Origin: Macrostomum lignano
Lineage: Eukaryota
Direction: 5' to 3'
NCBI GenBank assembly: GCA_002269645.1
Contig: NIVC01001532.1
Span: 124,001-188,000, forward strand
DNA: 64,000 bases
Below the pieces are notes generated by a model that worked only from the letters and a program-made list of their open reading frames with translations, did not search any database and had not been told where the DNA came from. Position 1 is the first letter of the stretch. Each line of letters starts with the position of its first letter. Shown one piece after another: positions 11,901-21,689 of this stretch. Position numbers and translations under genes: made by a program.

Positions 11901-14900
11901 TTGGTTCGCGATTTTCAACACGGCAACGCCAGTCTGAGCAACCTGTGTTTTACTGTTGATGAAGCCACTGCTTTGACTCCAGCTGAGAGGCGGCAGCTGC
12001 CCGCCTACGGCTGCCTGTTGTTGTCACCCGCGTCTCTATGGCAACAGGAAGCCGAGATGTTCAATTCTGATCGCAACCTGTTGCGGACTGTCTACGTATC
12101 GCCTCTGAAAGGTTTTGGACATTTTGTTGCTAAAAATAGTGATGCATTCGCATTGATGCCGAGTAGAAAATAATATTTCTTCCAATTTATAAGTAATAAA
12201 AAATTAATTCATTTCAGAGATTTTATTCGGCATGCCCTGGCGTCACACTGGCGTCTCTCGTTTCAATGTTCGCAGCAGAGATCGAGTTATCTCATACTGT
12301 GTGACCGCTTTTTTAAAAAACCATGATCAAGAGTGAGTGCTGTTCCATTGTATAGTTTTCTTAGTTTCTTAGAAAACATTTCTTAGTCAGTTTCTTAGAA
12401 ACCATGATCAAGAGTGAGTGCTGTTCCATTGTCAGTTTCTTAGAAACCATGATCAAGCGCGAGTGCTGTTCCATTCAGTTTCTTAGAAACCATGATCAAG
12501 AGTGAGTGCTGTTCCATTGTCAGTTTCTTAGAAACCATGATCAAGAGTGAGTGCTGTTCCATTGTCAGTTTCTTAGAAACCATGATCAAGCGCGAGTGCT
12601 GTTCCATTCAGTTTCTTAGAAACCATGATCAAGAGTGAGTGCTGTTCCATTGTCAGTTTCTTAGAAACCATGATCAAGAGTGAGTGCTGTTCCATTGTCA
12701 GTTTCTTAGAAACCATGATCAAGAGTGAGTGCTGTTCCATTGTCAGTTTCTTAGAAACCATGATCAAGAGTGAGTGCTGTTCCATTGTCAGTTTCTTAGA
12801 AACCATGATCAAGAGTGAGTGCTGTTCCATTCAGTTTCTTAGAAACCATGATCAAGAGTGAGTGCTGTTCCATTGTCAGTTTCTTAGAAACCATGATCAA
12901 GAGTGAGTGCTGTTCCATTGTCATTTATGAACCTAAATGTATATAAATATTATAATTATTGTTTTAGATTCGTGGATTCACTTGTCAATCGAGCTGCAAA
13001 GCTGTCATGGGCTAAGCACTTGCCTACTTTGGAGTCGGCCTCCCTAACGCCAACTCACATCTATTTTAAAGACAACAGTTTCATTGTGGAATACACTCCA
13101 TTGCTGGTTCTGTATTCCATACTGTTTTTGTATATCTACTTTTCAGTTCGTAAGTTTTCTGTCATTTTTGTTGGTTATGTAACTTATGTTGGGGTCATGC
13201 TTTGAAACTTTGAAAGATTATTTTCGAATAAATATTTTTATTTTTAGCGTTAGTTTAGTCATGTTAAGACTATATTTTGAGTTGGGTTTTTTAACTGTGA
13301 TTTTTTTGGAAAATTTCATTGGTCATAATGGTTATTATGAGCTGCTTCATTGATCCTATTGGTCATAAAAAACAAATTTAGGCCATAGATATCGGTCATT
13401 TGTAAGCCATCGTAAACTGCTTTTGGTCATAATGCGCATAGTTGAAAAAATTCGGTCATTAGACATTGGTCATAAAAGTGATTGCAATCCTTCACTTAAC
13501 CTCAGGCAAAATCCAGATGGTGAAGAGCAAGTGGGGCTTAGCCTTTGGCGCCTGTTTCACCGTGGTGGCCTCTCTGCTAATGTCCGTGGGAGTCTGCATG
13601 TACTTTGGCATCGCGCCAAGTCTGAACGGTTCGGAAACCTTTCCCTATCTGGTTGTACTGATAGGCATGGAGAATGTTCTCGTCATCACCAAGTCGGTTG
13701 TGAGCACCCCAGTTGAATTGGAGGTCAGGCACCGGGTTGCCGTGGGCTTGAGCAAAGAAGGCTGGACCATCACTCGCAGCCTGGTTGCGGAGGTCGGCCT
13801 GCTGAGTCTGGGTTTGTTATCCTTCAACACCAGCATCCAAGAGTTCGCCCTGTTCGCTGTAGTCGGTCTGTGTACAGATTTCTTTCTGCAGATGTTCTTC
13901 TTTGTTACTATATTGGCTATCGATATCAAGCGAATGGAACCGTTGCCTGTGGCTAAGCAGAGGACTGCTAATCTGCTTCAACAGCAGCAGCAACTGAAGC
14001 AGCAAGACCAACAACAACAAAAGCAGCAATCTATACAGCAGGTTCCTCAAGACCTGGCTGTCACCCTTGGCTGCGACGAGTCTATAGAAGACAATAACAG
14101 TGATTCGAAACCGGCGACTGCTCAGACTGCATCGGATTCTGCTGAGCAGCTGCGCAAGCTTCATCAATTCCATCATATGCATAGGCGACAGCCTTCCGAT
14201 GCTAATACTGCCGCCTTCTTGATGCATTCGTTGACTGCTACGGCAACTTCGGCTCCAGCACCTGCTGTTCCAAGGCGGATTCGAGTTCTGTACTACTTGG
14301 CTAGCAAACGGCTGGCTTTGCGATTGCTGCTTTTGGTACTGTGCGTCTGGCTGCTGCAGGTGAGACTGGGGGGTGAGGAGTCTGGGAAAAAGATATCTGA
14401 GAATCTTTGTGAATGGGATCTGAGAATCTCGGGAGATGGGATCTAGGAATCTCAGGAGATAGGATCTCAAAATCTCGGGTAATGGGATCTCAGAATCTCA
14501 GGAGATAGGATCTCAAAATCACAGATGGGATCTCAGAATCTCGAGAGATGGGATCGCAGAATCTCGAGAGATGGGATCTCAAAATCTCGAGAGATGGGAT
14601 CTCAAAATCTTGAGAGATGGGATCTCAGAATCTAGGGAGATGGGATCTCAGAATCTAGGGAGATGGGATCTAATAAACAGCTGAGATTCTTCGAAACTTT
14701 GCCCACTCACACTAGACTCCAAAGTATCTCACACTAGACTCCAAAGTATCTCACACTAGACTCCAAAGAATCTCACACTAGACTCAAAAGAATCTCACTC
14801 TAGACTCAAAAGAATCTCATACTAGACTCCAAAGAATCTCACACTAGACTCCAAAGAATCTCACTCTAGACTCAAAGGAATCTGATAATTGAAAATCCAA

Positions 14901-17900
14901 CAGGCCAGCGGCTTAATTTCGGCAGTCAGTCGGCAGCTGCACAGCTCTCTGACATTCTCTTCAAATTTGTCCACGACCGCGTCATCAAACCCGGGCTCGC
15001 CGGGAGACCTTGTAGAGCATCCAGATTATCAGCGGTACTGGCCAGAGATGGCTGCGCTGCATTGGCCCAGTTTATTCGGTCACTATAATCGCAGCTTAGC
15101 TGGGAGATACGTCACCTATCTGGGCGCTGCTTGTTATCAGTCCGCCGCTGCAGATCGATCAGCTGCTATTGATGAAGAAACTGTAACTGAGCAGCCGCAG
15201 CAGGAGCAGCCTTGGTGGTTTCTTCTAGGCAGACCGGCTGCTCTGCACGGCACCTGGGGCTTGGCGGCGATCTGCCTGTTTGGCGTCACCTTTGTGTTGA
15301 CTTCTACCTATGCGCTGATGCTCTGCTGTCAGCTCTGTGGCCTCGCCTGGCTGTTTCGGCTGGGATCTAGAGCTTGTGAGTGATGCTTTTAGTGACTGAG
15401 TAGGGTGACTGAGCTTGTGAGTGATGCTTTTAGTGACTGAGTAGGGTGACTGAGCTTGTGAGTGATGCTTTTAGTGACTGAGCTTGTGAGTGATGCTTTT
15501 AGTGACTGAGCTTGTGAGTGATGCTTTTAGTGACTGAGCTTGTGAGTGATGCTTTTAGTGACTGAGCTTGTGAGTGATGCTTTTAGTGACTGAGCTTGTG
15601 AGTGATGCTTTTAGTGACTGAGCTTGTGAGTGATGCTTTTAGTGACTGAGCTTGTGAGTGATGCTTTTAGTGACTGAGCTTGTGAGTGATGCTTTTAGTG
15701 ACTGAGCTTGTGAGTGATGCTTTTAGTGACTGAGCTTGTGAGTGATGCTTTTAGTGACTGAATAGGGTGACTGAGTGTTGATTTTAGTGACTGAGTTCGG
15801 TGATACTTTTAGTGACTGAGTAGTATGTCTGAGTTTGAGATCTTGAGTAATGTTTCTGAGATCTTGATTGCGTTGTCCGACTTTGTGAGATCTTGAGTGC
15901 GGTGTCCGAGTTTGTGAGATCTTGAGTAGTGTGTCCGACTTTGTGAGATCTTGAGTGCGGTGTCCGAGTTTGTAAGATCTTGAGTAGTGTGTCCGAGTTT
16001 GTGAGATCTTGAGTAGTGTGTCCGACTTTGTGAGATCTTGAGTGCGGTGTCCGAGTTTGTGAGATCTTAAGTAGTGTGTCCGAGTTTGTGAGATCTTGAG
16101 TAGTGTGTCCGAGTTTGTGAGATCTTGAGTAGTGTGTCCGAGTTTGTGAGATCTTGAGTAGTGTGTCCGAGTTTTTGAGATCTTAAGTAGTGCGTCCGAG
16201 TTTGTGAGATCTTGAGTAGTGTGTCCGAGTTTGTGAGATCTTGAGTAGTGTGTCCGAGTTTGTGAGATCTTGAGTAGTGTGTCCGAGTTTGTGAGATCTT
16301 GAATAGGGTGTCCGAGTTTGTGAGATCTTGAGTAGTGTGTCCGAGTTTGTGAGATCTTGAGTAGTGTGTCCGAGTTTGTGAGATCTTGAATAGGGTGTCC
16401 GAGTTTGTGAGATCTTGAGTAGTGTGTCCGAGTTTGTGAGATCTTGAGTAGTGTGTCCGAGTTTGTGAGATCTTGAGTAGTGTGTCCGAGTTTGTGAGAT
16501 CTTGAGTAGTGTGTCCGAGTTTTTGAGATCTTGAATAGGGTGTCCGAGTTTGTGAGATCTTGAGTAGTGTGTCCGAGTTTGTGAGATCTTGAATAGGGTG
16601 TCCGAGTTTGTGAGATCTTGAGTAGTGTGTCCGAGTTTTTGAGATATTGAATAGGGTGTCCGAGTTTGTGAGATCTGAGTCATTCCGCAGTAAAATAATC
16701 ATACAAATAAAATTATTTCAGTTGATCGGCCGCCCCCGCTGCGCACAGTGGTGCCTGTTGTACTGCCAGCCACATCCATGGACGTCGATCTGGTGTGCAT
16801 CTCCTCGCTAGCGCCTGCCGACTGTCCAGCAACGCGCCGCGTTGAAGACCGAATATTGGCGGCCAGCAGTCTCGACGGCTCCGTGTCAGTGTGGAATCTT
16901 TCTGGCCGTCGGCTGGCCTATTTTGACAGGCAATTACAGCACGAGGGACAGTGCGATTGCGTCACGAGTGATGCAACTGTTGGTCCAGCCGATGGTTATG
17001 GCGAATTGGGCGACGGACCTGATGTCGGACTCGGATTGAGACAACGGGTGGGTCTGCGTGTCTTGCTGTTCTTAACATAGAGTCTGGAGAATCTCACCAT
17101 AGACTCTGAGGAATCTCACCAAAGACTCTGACGAATCTGAACATAGATTCTGTGGAATCTCACTCTAGACTCGGAATAATCTCACTCTATTACTCAAGCG
17201 AGCAACCCTACCGGTTATCTCACTCTAGACTCTGAAGAATCTCACCCTAGACTCTGAAGAATCTCACCCTAGACTCTGAAGAATCTCACCCTAGACTCTG
17301 ACAAATCTCACTCTAGACTCGGAAGAATCTCACCATAGACTCCAAAGACTCTCACTCTAGACTCCAAAAAAACTCACTCTAGACTCCAAAGAATCTCACC
17401 CTAGACTCTGAAGAATCTCACCCTAGACTCTGACAAATCTCACTCTAGACTCGGAAGAATCTCACCATAGACTCCAAAGACTCTCACTCTAGACTCCAAA
17501 AAAACTCACTCTAGACTCCAAAGAATCTCACTCTAGACTCCAAAGAATCTCACCATAGACTCTGACAAATCTCAACATAGACTCCAAAGAATCTCACCAT
17601 AGACTCTGACAAATCTCAACATAGACTCTGACGAATCTTACTCTATACTCGGAAGAATCTCACTCTAGACTTTAAAGAATCTAGAGTCTAGTGACTGAGC
17701 TGTGAAATCTCACCCTAGACACTAAATAGTCTCACCATTAGACTCTGAAGAATCTCACCCCAGACTCTGAAGAATCCTACCCTAGACACTACAGAATGTC
17801 AGTATAGCCACAAAATAATCTCATCCTAGACAATACTTTCTCACTCACATAATCCTACAGAATCTCACCTTTACTCTCACCCTGACCTTTTCCAGGTAAG

Positions 17901-19763
17901 CCACGCGACATCGCTTTCCCCATCGCAAGCTGCATCAACGGACTCAGACTTGGCAGTCGCAAGTGAAGCTGTCCCATCAAATTCCGGCTTAAATCCAGCA
18001 TCCCCAACTCAAACCTTATCTTCCTCATCAATTTGGTGCATGAGTCTCATTACTAACGATACGGATTTGCGCTATCTGCTTGTTGGCTGCTCAGACGGTC
18101 ATCTGGAGCTGTGGGATTTCACCTGTACCGAATCTGCAAAGTGCCGAATTCAATTATCAGCTGAGGGTCTGACTCACCTGACTGTACAGCAGAGTCAGTT
18201 AGTTGCTGTGGCAGCTACGGCTACAGGCATGCTGCACTGCGTTCGACTGCTTCTCGACGCTGATCGAATTGAACCGCTGTCGTCTTGCCGGGCGTCGCCT
18301 CTGCCGTTGCACTCGATGCTGATCTGGCCGGATTCCGGCCACGGCGACCTGCTGGCCACGGCCGGTGAAGATAATTTAATTCGATTCTTTTCTATAGGGG
18401 AGCTGTGCAAGATCCGGCAGCCGCAGCAGCAGCTGAGCAATAATGGAGCTGTTGGTGCCGGGGCGGCCGCGGCGGCTGCTGCGGCTGCTGCTGCTGCTGG
18501 GGCGGCTTCGTTTTGCACGGTGGTGTCGGCGCACGCGGCGCCTGTGCTGGCTCTGGCCGCCTATCCTAGCAGGGGAGTGCTCAGCGGGGGTGCCGATGGA
18601 GCCGTGTTTCAGGTGAGTACCGACTGGGACCAAATAGAGGTACTTAAAATCGCTTATATTATCGATTCTCTGGATTCTAATTTTCTCATTATCGATTATT
18701 ATTGTGCTGAATTATAGGTTATCGATACTTTGATTAATCTGTTGCGTTAATTATCGATTGTAACATTTATTAATTATCGAATCTAAATACTCCAATCAGT
18801 TAATTATGGATTTTGAGTTGCCGAAATTCGTAAATTATCTATTCTAAATAACGAATTTTGTATCACTGAACTCGTTAATTATCGGTTCTGAATGACTGAA
18901 ATCGTAAATTCTCGATTTTGAATCACCGGATTCGTTAATTCTCGATTTTAAATGACTAAATACGTTAATTATCGATTCTGAATGACCAAAATAGTTAATT
19001 ATTGATTCTGAATGACCAAAATAGTTAATTATCGATTCTGAATGACCAAAATAGTTAATTATCGATTCTGAATGACCAAAATAGTTAATTATTGATTCTG
19101 AATGACCAAATTCGTTAATTATCGATTCTGAATGACTGGATGCGTTAATTATCGATTCATAATCGTCATATTCCTTAATTGTCCGTTACGAATTAATTTA
19201 CCTGTCAAATATCGGTTGAAAAGAAGTTAATCTCACGCACATCTATACTTTCCCTTCTCCATCAGCCTTCTCCCCACCCCCTCCTACCCGCGCAGGTGAG
19301 CCCCGCTGATGACAGATCGTCTAGCGGCTTCCGGCAGAAGCGGCTGGTGTGGCAGCGCCAACCGGTGCTGTCGGTGTCGGTGTCAAGTCGGCACGCCGTC
19401 TGCGGCTTGGCCAACGGCCAGTTGCTCCTTCTGCGTCTGTGCACTGGCGCCTGGCGACTGCTCAGCTGCTGCCAACAACAGCAGCAGCAACCGCAGCAAC
19501 CCTTGCAACCCTTGCTATGCACCTGGTCGCCGCCTTGTCTGTTGCCTAGCAACGACGCCATTGTGACGTCTTCGTCGTCGGGATTGAACGGTTTGGACGT
19601 CTGGTGCCTGGCCAGGCGGCGTCGGCTGTCCCGGGTGCGCCTGGCAACTGACTGGATTCGAAGCGACCCGGTGCAGCCTGTCTGCCTGCTGTCCCAGGAG
19701 TCCATGCTGCTGTGCAAGTGCGGGCCCTGCCTGCTGCTGGTGCCCGAGTGCCAGCTTACCTGA
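8490..19763 (+). CDS. SCAP: Sterol regulatory element-binding protein cleavage-activating protein (SSD + C-terminal WD40); 9 exons, about 1225 aa
   Basis: Exons 8490-8705, 11784-12111, 12218-12332, 12968-13149, 13506-14359, 14904-15375, 16722-17047, 17896-18612, 19296-19763. All introns are GT-AG, phases match, and the total is 3678 nt (1226 codons including stop). SCAP motifs: N-terminal [26 protein letters not shown]...[84 protein letters not shown]40 repeats ([33 protein letters not shown]). Confidence 0.93.
8913..9855 (+). mobile_element. Penelope-like element remnant: GIY-YIG endonuclease fused to post-RT-like C-terminal segment, RT absent
   Basis: ORF to 9425: [37 protein letters not shown]...HF...H...[18 protein letters not shown] (PLE-type GIY-YIG with CxxC and H/H residues), then PMVLPFHP...[17 protein letters not shown]-rich 3' region, degenerate hammerhead at 9779-9816, (CT)n on both sides. 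Confidence 0.85.
9779..9816 (+). ncRNA. Degenerate minimal type I hammerhead ribozyme of the PLE
   Basis: GGC-CTGACGA-A-GAGCC-CAGA-GGCTT-AAAA-CCGG-TA-GCC. The core, stem II and a palindromic stem III are present, but GAAA reads AAAA. Confidence 0.6.
10345..11750. repeat. 25-27-bp minisatellite (AGACATCCCCATTTTCCCAAATCC) with a 259-bp higher-order duplication, SCAP intron 1
   Basis: Tandem units. ORF-track pairs offset by 259 bp (10495/10754, 10591/10850) show the higher-order unit. Confidence 0.95.
11784..12111 (+). CDS. SCAP: SCAP exon 2 (loop 1)
   Basis: Acceptor TTTTCTCCGCGCAG; [14 protein letters not shown]...[12 protein letters not shown]...SPLK; donor AAAG|GTTTTG, phase 1, joins exon 3 to give LKEILFG. 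Confidence 0.8.
12218..12332 (+). CDS. SCAP: SCAP exon 3 (not in ORF track)
   Basis: Acceptor ATTTCAG; (E)[37 protein letters not shown]; donor GA|GTGAGT, phase 2. Confidence 0.8.
12318..12920 (+). repeat. 45-bp minisatellite made of the last 15 nt of SCAP exon 3 plus 30 nt of donor-side intron
   Basis: Unit AAACCATGATCAAGA|GTGAGTGCTGTTCCATTGTCAGTTTCTTAG; about 13 copies including the exonic one, a few of 42 bp or with GCGAGT. Confidence 0.95.
12968..13149 (+). CDS. SCAP: SCAP exon 4 (TM2 with YIYF motif)
   Basis: Acceptor GTTTTAG; FVDSLVNR...[20 protein letters not shown]; donor C|GTAAGT, phase 1. Confidence 0.88.
13506..14359 (+). CDS. SCAP: SCAP exon 5 (sterol-sensing domain TM3-6, loop 6, TM7)
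   Basis: Acceptor CCTCAG; [31 protein letters not shown]...IDIKRME...[12 protein letters not shown]; donor CAG|GTGAGA. Confidence 0.92.
14385..14670. repeat. 23-bp minisatellite (GAGATGGGATCTCAGAATCTC core), SCAP intron 5
   Basis: Tandem units begin about 25 nt after the donor. Confidence 0.9.
14705..14882. repeat. 22-bp minisatellite (CTCACACTAGACTCCAAAGAAT), SCAP intron 5
   Basis: Tandem units end about 20 nt before the acceptor; same family as 17080-17800. Confidence 0.9.
14904..15375 (+). CDS. SCAP: SCAP exon 6 (loop 7, TM8)
   Basis: Acceptor CCAACAG; [21 protein letters not shown] matches the SCAP loop 7 motif; hydrophobic TM8; donor T|GTGAGT, phase 1. Confidence 0.85.
15370..15830 (+). 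repeat. 28-bp minisatellite containing the SCAP exon 6 end and donor (GAGCTT|GTGAGTGATGCTTTTAGTGACT)
   Basis: The first unit overlaps the exon-intron junction at 15375/15376. Confidence 0.95.
15870..16680. repeat. 29-bp minisatellite (GAGATCTTGAGTAGTGTGTCCGAGTTTGT), SCAP intron 6
   Basis: Tandem units; source of the repetitive ORFs 16067-16702. Confidence 0.95.
16722..17047 (+). CDS. SCAP: SCAP exon 7 (first WD40)
   Basis: Acceptor TTATTTCAG; MDVDLVC...[14 protein letters not shown]; donor CGG|GTGGGT inferred from phase. Confidence 0.75.
17080..17800. repeat. 22-bp minisatellite (CTCACCCTAGACTCTGAAGAAT), SCAP intron 7
   Basis: Degenerate tandem units. Confidence 0.9.
17896..18612 (+). CDS. 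SCAP: SCAP exon 8 (WD40 repeats)
   Basis: Acceptor TTTTCCAG; SIWCM...[14 protein letters not shown]...[13 protein letters not shown]...[22 protein letters not shown]; donor CAG|GTGAGT; symmetric phase 0. Confidence 0.85.
18715..19165. repeat. 30-bp AT-rich minisatellite (GTTAATTATCGATTCTGAATGACCAAAATA), SCAP intron 8
   Basis: Tandem units, homogeneous at about 18960-19130. Confidence 0.88.
19296..19763 (+). CDS. SCAP: SCAP exon 9 (terminal WD40 region)
   Basis: Acceptor after a pyrimidine tract, CGCAG at 19291-19295 (alternative in-frame acceptor at 19265); [12 protein letters not shown]...LDVW...[10 protein letters not shown]. Confidence 0.75.
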   Translation: MSPADDRSSSGFRQKRLVWQRQPVLSVSVSSRHAVCGLANGQLLLLRLCTGAWRLLSCCQQQQQQPQQPLQPLLCTWSPPCLLPSNDAIVTSSSSGLNGLDVWCLARRRRLSRVRLATDWIRSDPVQPVCLLSQESMLLCKCGPCLLLVPECQLT

Positions 19764-19809
19764 GCTAGCGGCCTGCTGTCTCCACGGTTGACCTCTGTGT
19801 AGTTCACCT

Positions 19810-20350
19810 CTGAATGACCTCTTATGACCCCGCTCTTGACCTCTACTGACCCTGCTCTTGACCTCTACTGACCCCGCTCTTGACCTCTACTGACCCTGCT
19901 CTTGACCTCTACTGACCCTGCTCTTGACCTCTACTGACCCTGCTCTTGACCTCTTGTGACCCCGCTCTTGACCTCTACTGACCCCGCTCTTGACCTCTAC
20001 TGACCCTGCTCTTGACCTCTACTGACCCCGCTCTTGACCTCTACTGACCCCGCTCTTGACCTCTACTGACCCTGCTCTTGACCTCTACTGACCCTGCTCT
20101 TGACCTCTACTGACCCTGCTCTTGACCTCTACTGACCCTGCTCTTGACCTCTACTGACCCCGCTCTTGACCTCTACTGACCCTGCTCTTGACCACTACTG
20201 ACCCCGCTCTTGACCTCTACTGACCCCGCTCTTGACCTCTACTGACCCTGCTCTTGACCTCTACTGACCCTGCTCTTGACCTCTACTGACCCTGCTCTTG
20301 ACCTCTACTGACCCTGCTCTTGACCTCTACTGACCCTGCTCTTAGCCTCT
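19810..20350. repeat. 22-bp minisatellite (TGACCCTGCTCTTGACCTCTAC) just after the SCAP stop
   Basis: Tandem units. Confidence 0.95.
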
Positions 20351-21134
20351 TATGACCCCGTTTTGAACCCACTCTCGACTCTTAGAATTCACTCCTTGAC
20401 CCCCCCCTATCCCGTTCTTGACCTTTCGTGACCCTTGTCATAAAGAGAGTCAATGAAGTCGAGAACCGCTTGACAACAACACACCTGGATTATGCGGCTC
20501 TCCGTTGCATTTTTGTTTCTAAGAAAATCCTGTATTTTTCAAATCCTTCCAATTGTCCATAAAGATTTCCAGTTTTGCTTCACTGCTTTAATCGCATAGG
20601 AGTTGTCAATTACCTGGTAATAAACTTATTTATTTTTTTTCCTTAGTTGTTGACTTTGTTTTTTTTTTTACTTACAATACTTTTGCGCTAATCTGTACGC
20701 GTCTATAAGTAGTATGTGCAGAGTATCCTTGGATTTATTTGCTGTGCATGGCATTCAAGAAGATTATCTATGTATCTAACTATTAGCCCACTGGGAATTA
20801 GCCTGGATGTTGCATTGCTTTGTTCAATACTTTTTATCAATTGCTTGTTTACGTGATTTTTTATTTACTGTTTTGTCCATATGCAAGATAAATAATAATC
20901 TATACTAGTTAAATAAATAGTAGAACACAAGCCGTCAGATCCGTAAGTGCTCAGTCGTTGCGTGTTAAACTCAGAACTGCGTTGAACAGCTGACATCGGA
21001 TGCATGACCTTGTCGTCACTTACATAGTCTTTAAACTGTAAGCTACTTTGTTAAATAGAAAACAAATTGACTAATATGTTTTTCAATTGATGTCTTTACT
21101 GAGAATACGTTAGATAGGTAGTTGCAACCAATTA

Positions 21135-21415
21135 ACTGATAATAATAATTAATTACACCTGCCCTAATGGACAGGTGTGCAATTATTGCGCGGCGCATCT
21201 GAAGGCTGCGTACGGCTGTTCAGTCCAAGGACTGGGGGGTCGCCACACACAGCCTCAAATACCCCAGCTAATGCTGGTACCCATTTTACAGCTGGGTGAA
21301 CTGAAGCAATGCAGAGTTAAGTGTCTTGCTCAAGGCCACAAATTGTTCTGAATGGGTTGAGAATCGAACCCCCGACCTTTCAGTCGTGAGTCCGACCTCT
21401 AACCACTAGGCTACA
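21135..21415 (-). mobile_element. tRNA-derived CORE-type (MIR-like) SINE
   Basis: The minus strand starts GTAGCCTAGTGG (A box) ... GGTTCGATTC (B box). The plus strand CCCATTTTACAGCTGGGTGAACTGAAGCAATGCAGAGTTAAGTGTCTTGCTCAAGGCCACA closely follows the reverse-complement MIR CORE as recalled. 3' stem-loop (21155-21178) and short (TTA)n tail. Confidence 0.8.
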
Positions 21416-21689
21416 AACCTTATAAGTTCCTAGAAAGACAGACAAACAGTCAGACAGACAGACAATCAATCAGATTCATGACACAGACACATAGGCGGAC
21501 AGAGACAAACCAAGTAGCTTGTGCTTAGTTTTAACCAAGTAGAACTTGCATCATTTTGTTCATCTCTAAGCTCAGAGTTGCTGAAAGACTGCTCAAGACT
21601 GCTAATGGTGTTATTTTATACTCCTGCATTGCAAGGGCCGATGTTGGGCAACTTGTAAAATTTACATAAATATATTGCTTAAAATGAGA

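Noticed and set aside
12318-16680. Regularly spaced direct repeats resembling CRISPR arrays
   Set aside because: Head-to-tail units with no unique spacers, no cas genes, and a eukaryotic intronic context.
20787-20797. CCCACTGGGAA matching the TIR of the 1040-4344 element
   Set aside because: No subterminal repeats, no partner end and no TSD; probably chance.
21355-21415. tRNA-like sequence on the minus strand
   Set aside because: It continues into a CORE domain and lacks a complete acceptor stem, so it is a SINE head rather than a tRNA gene.
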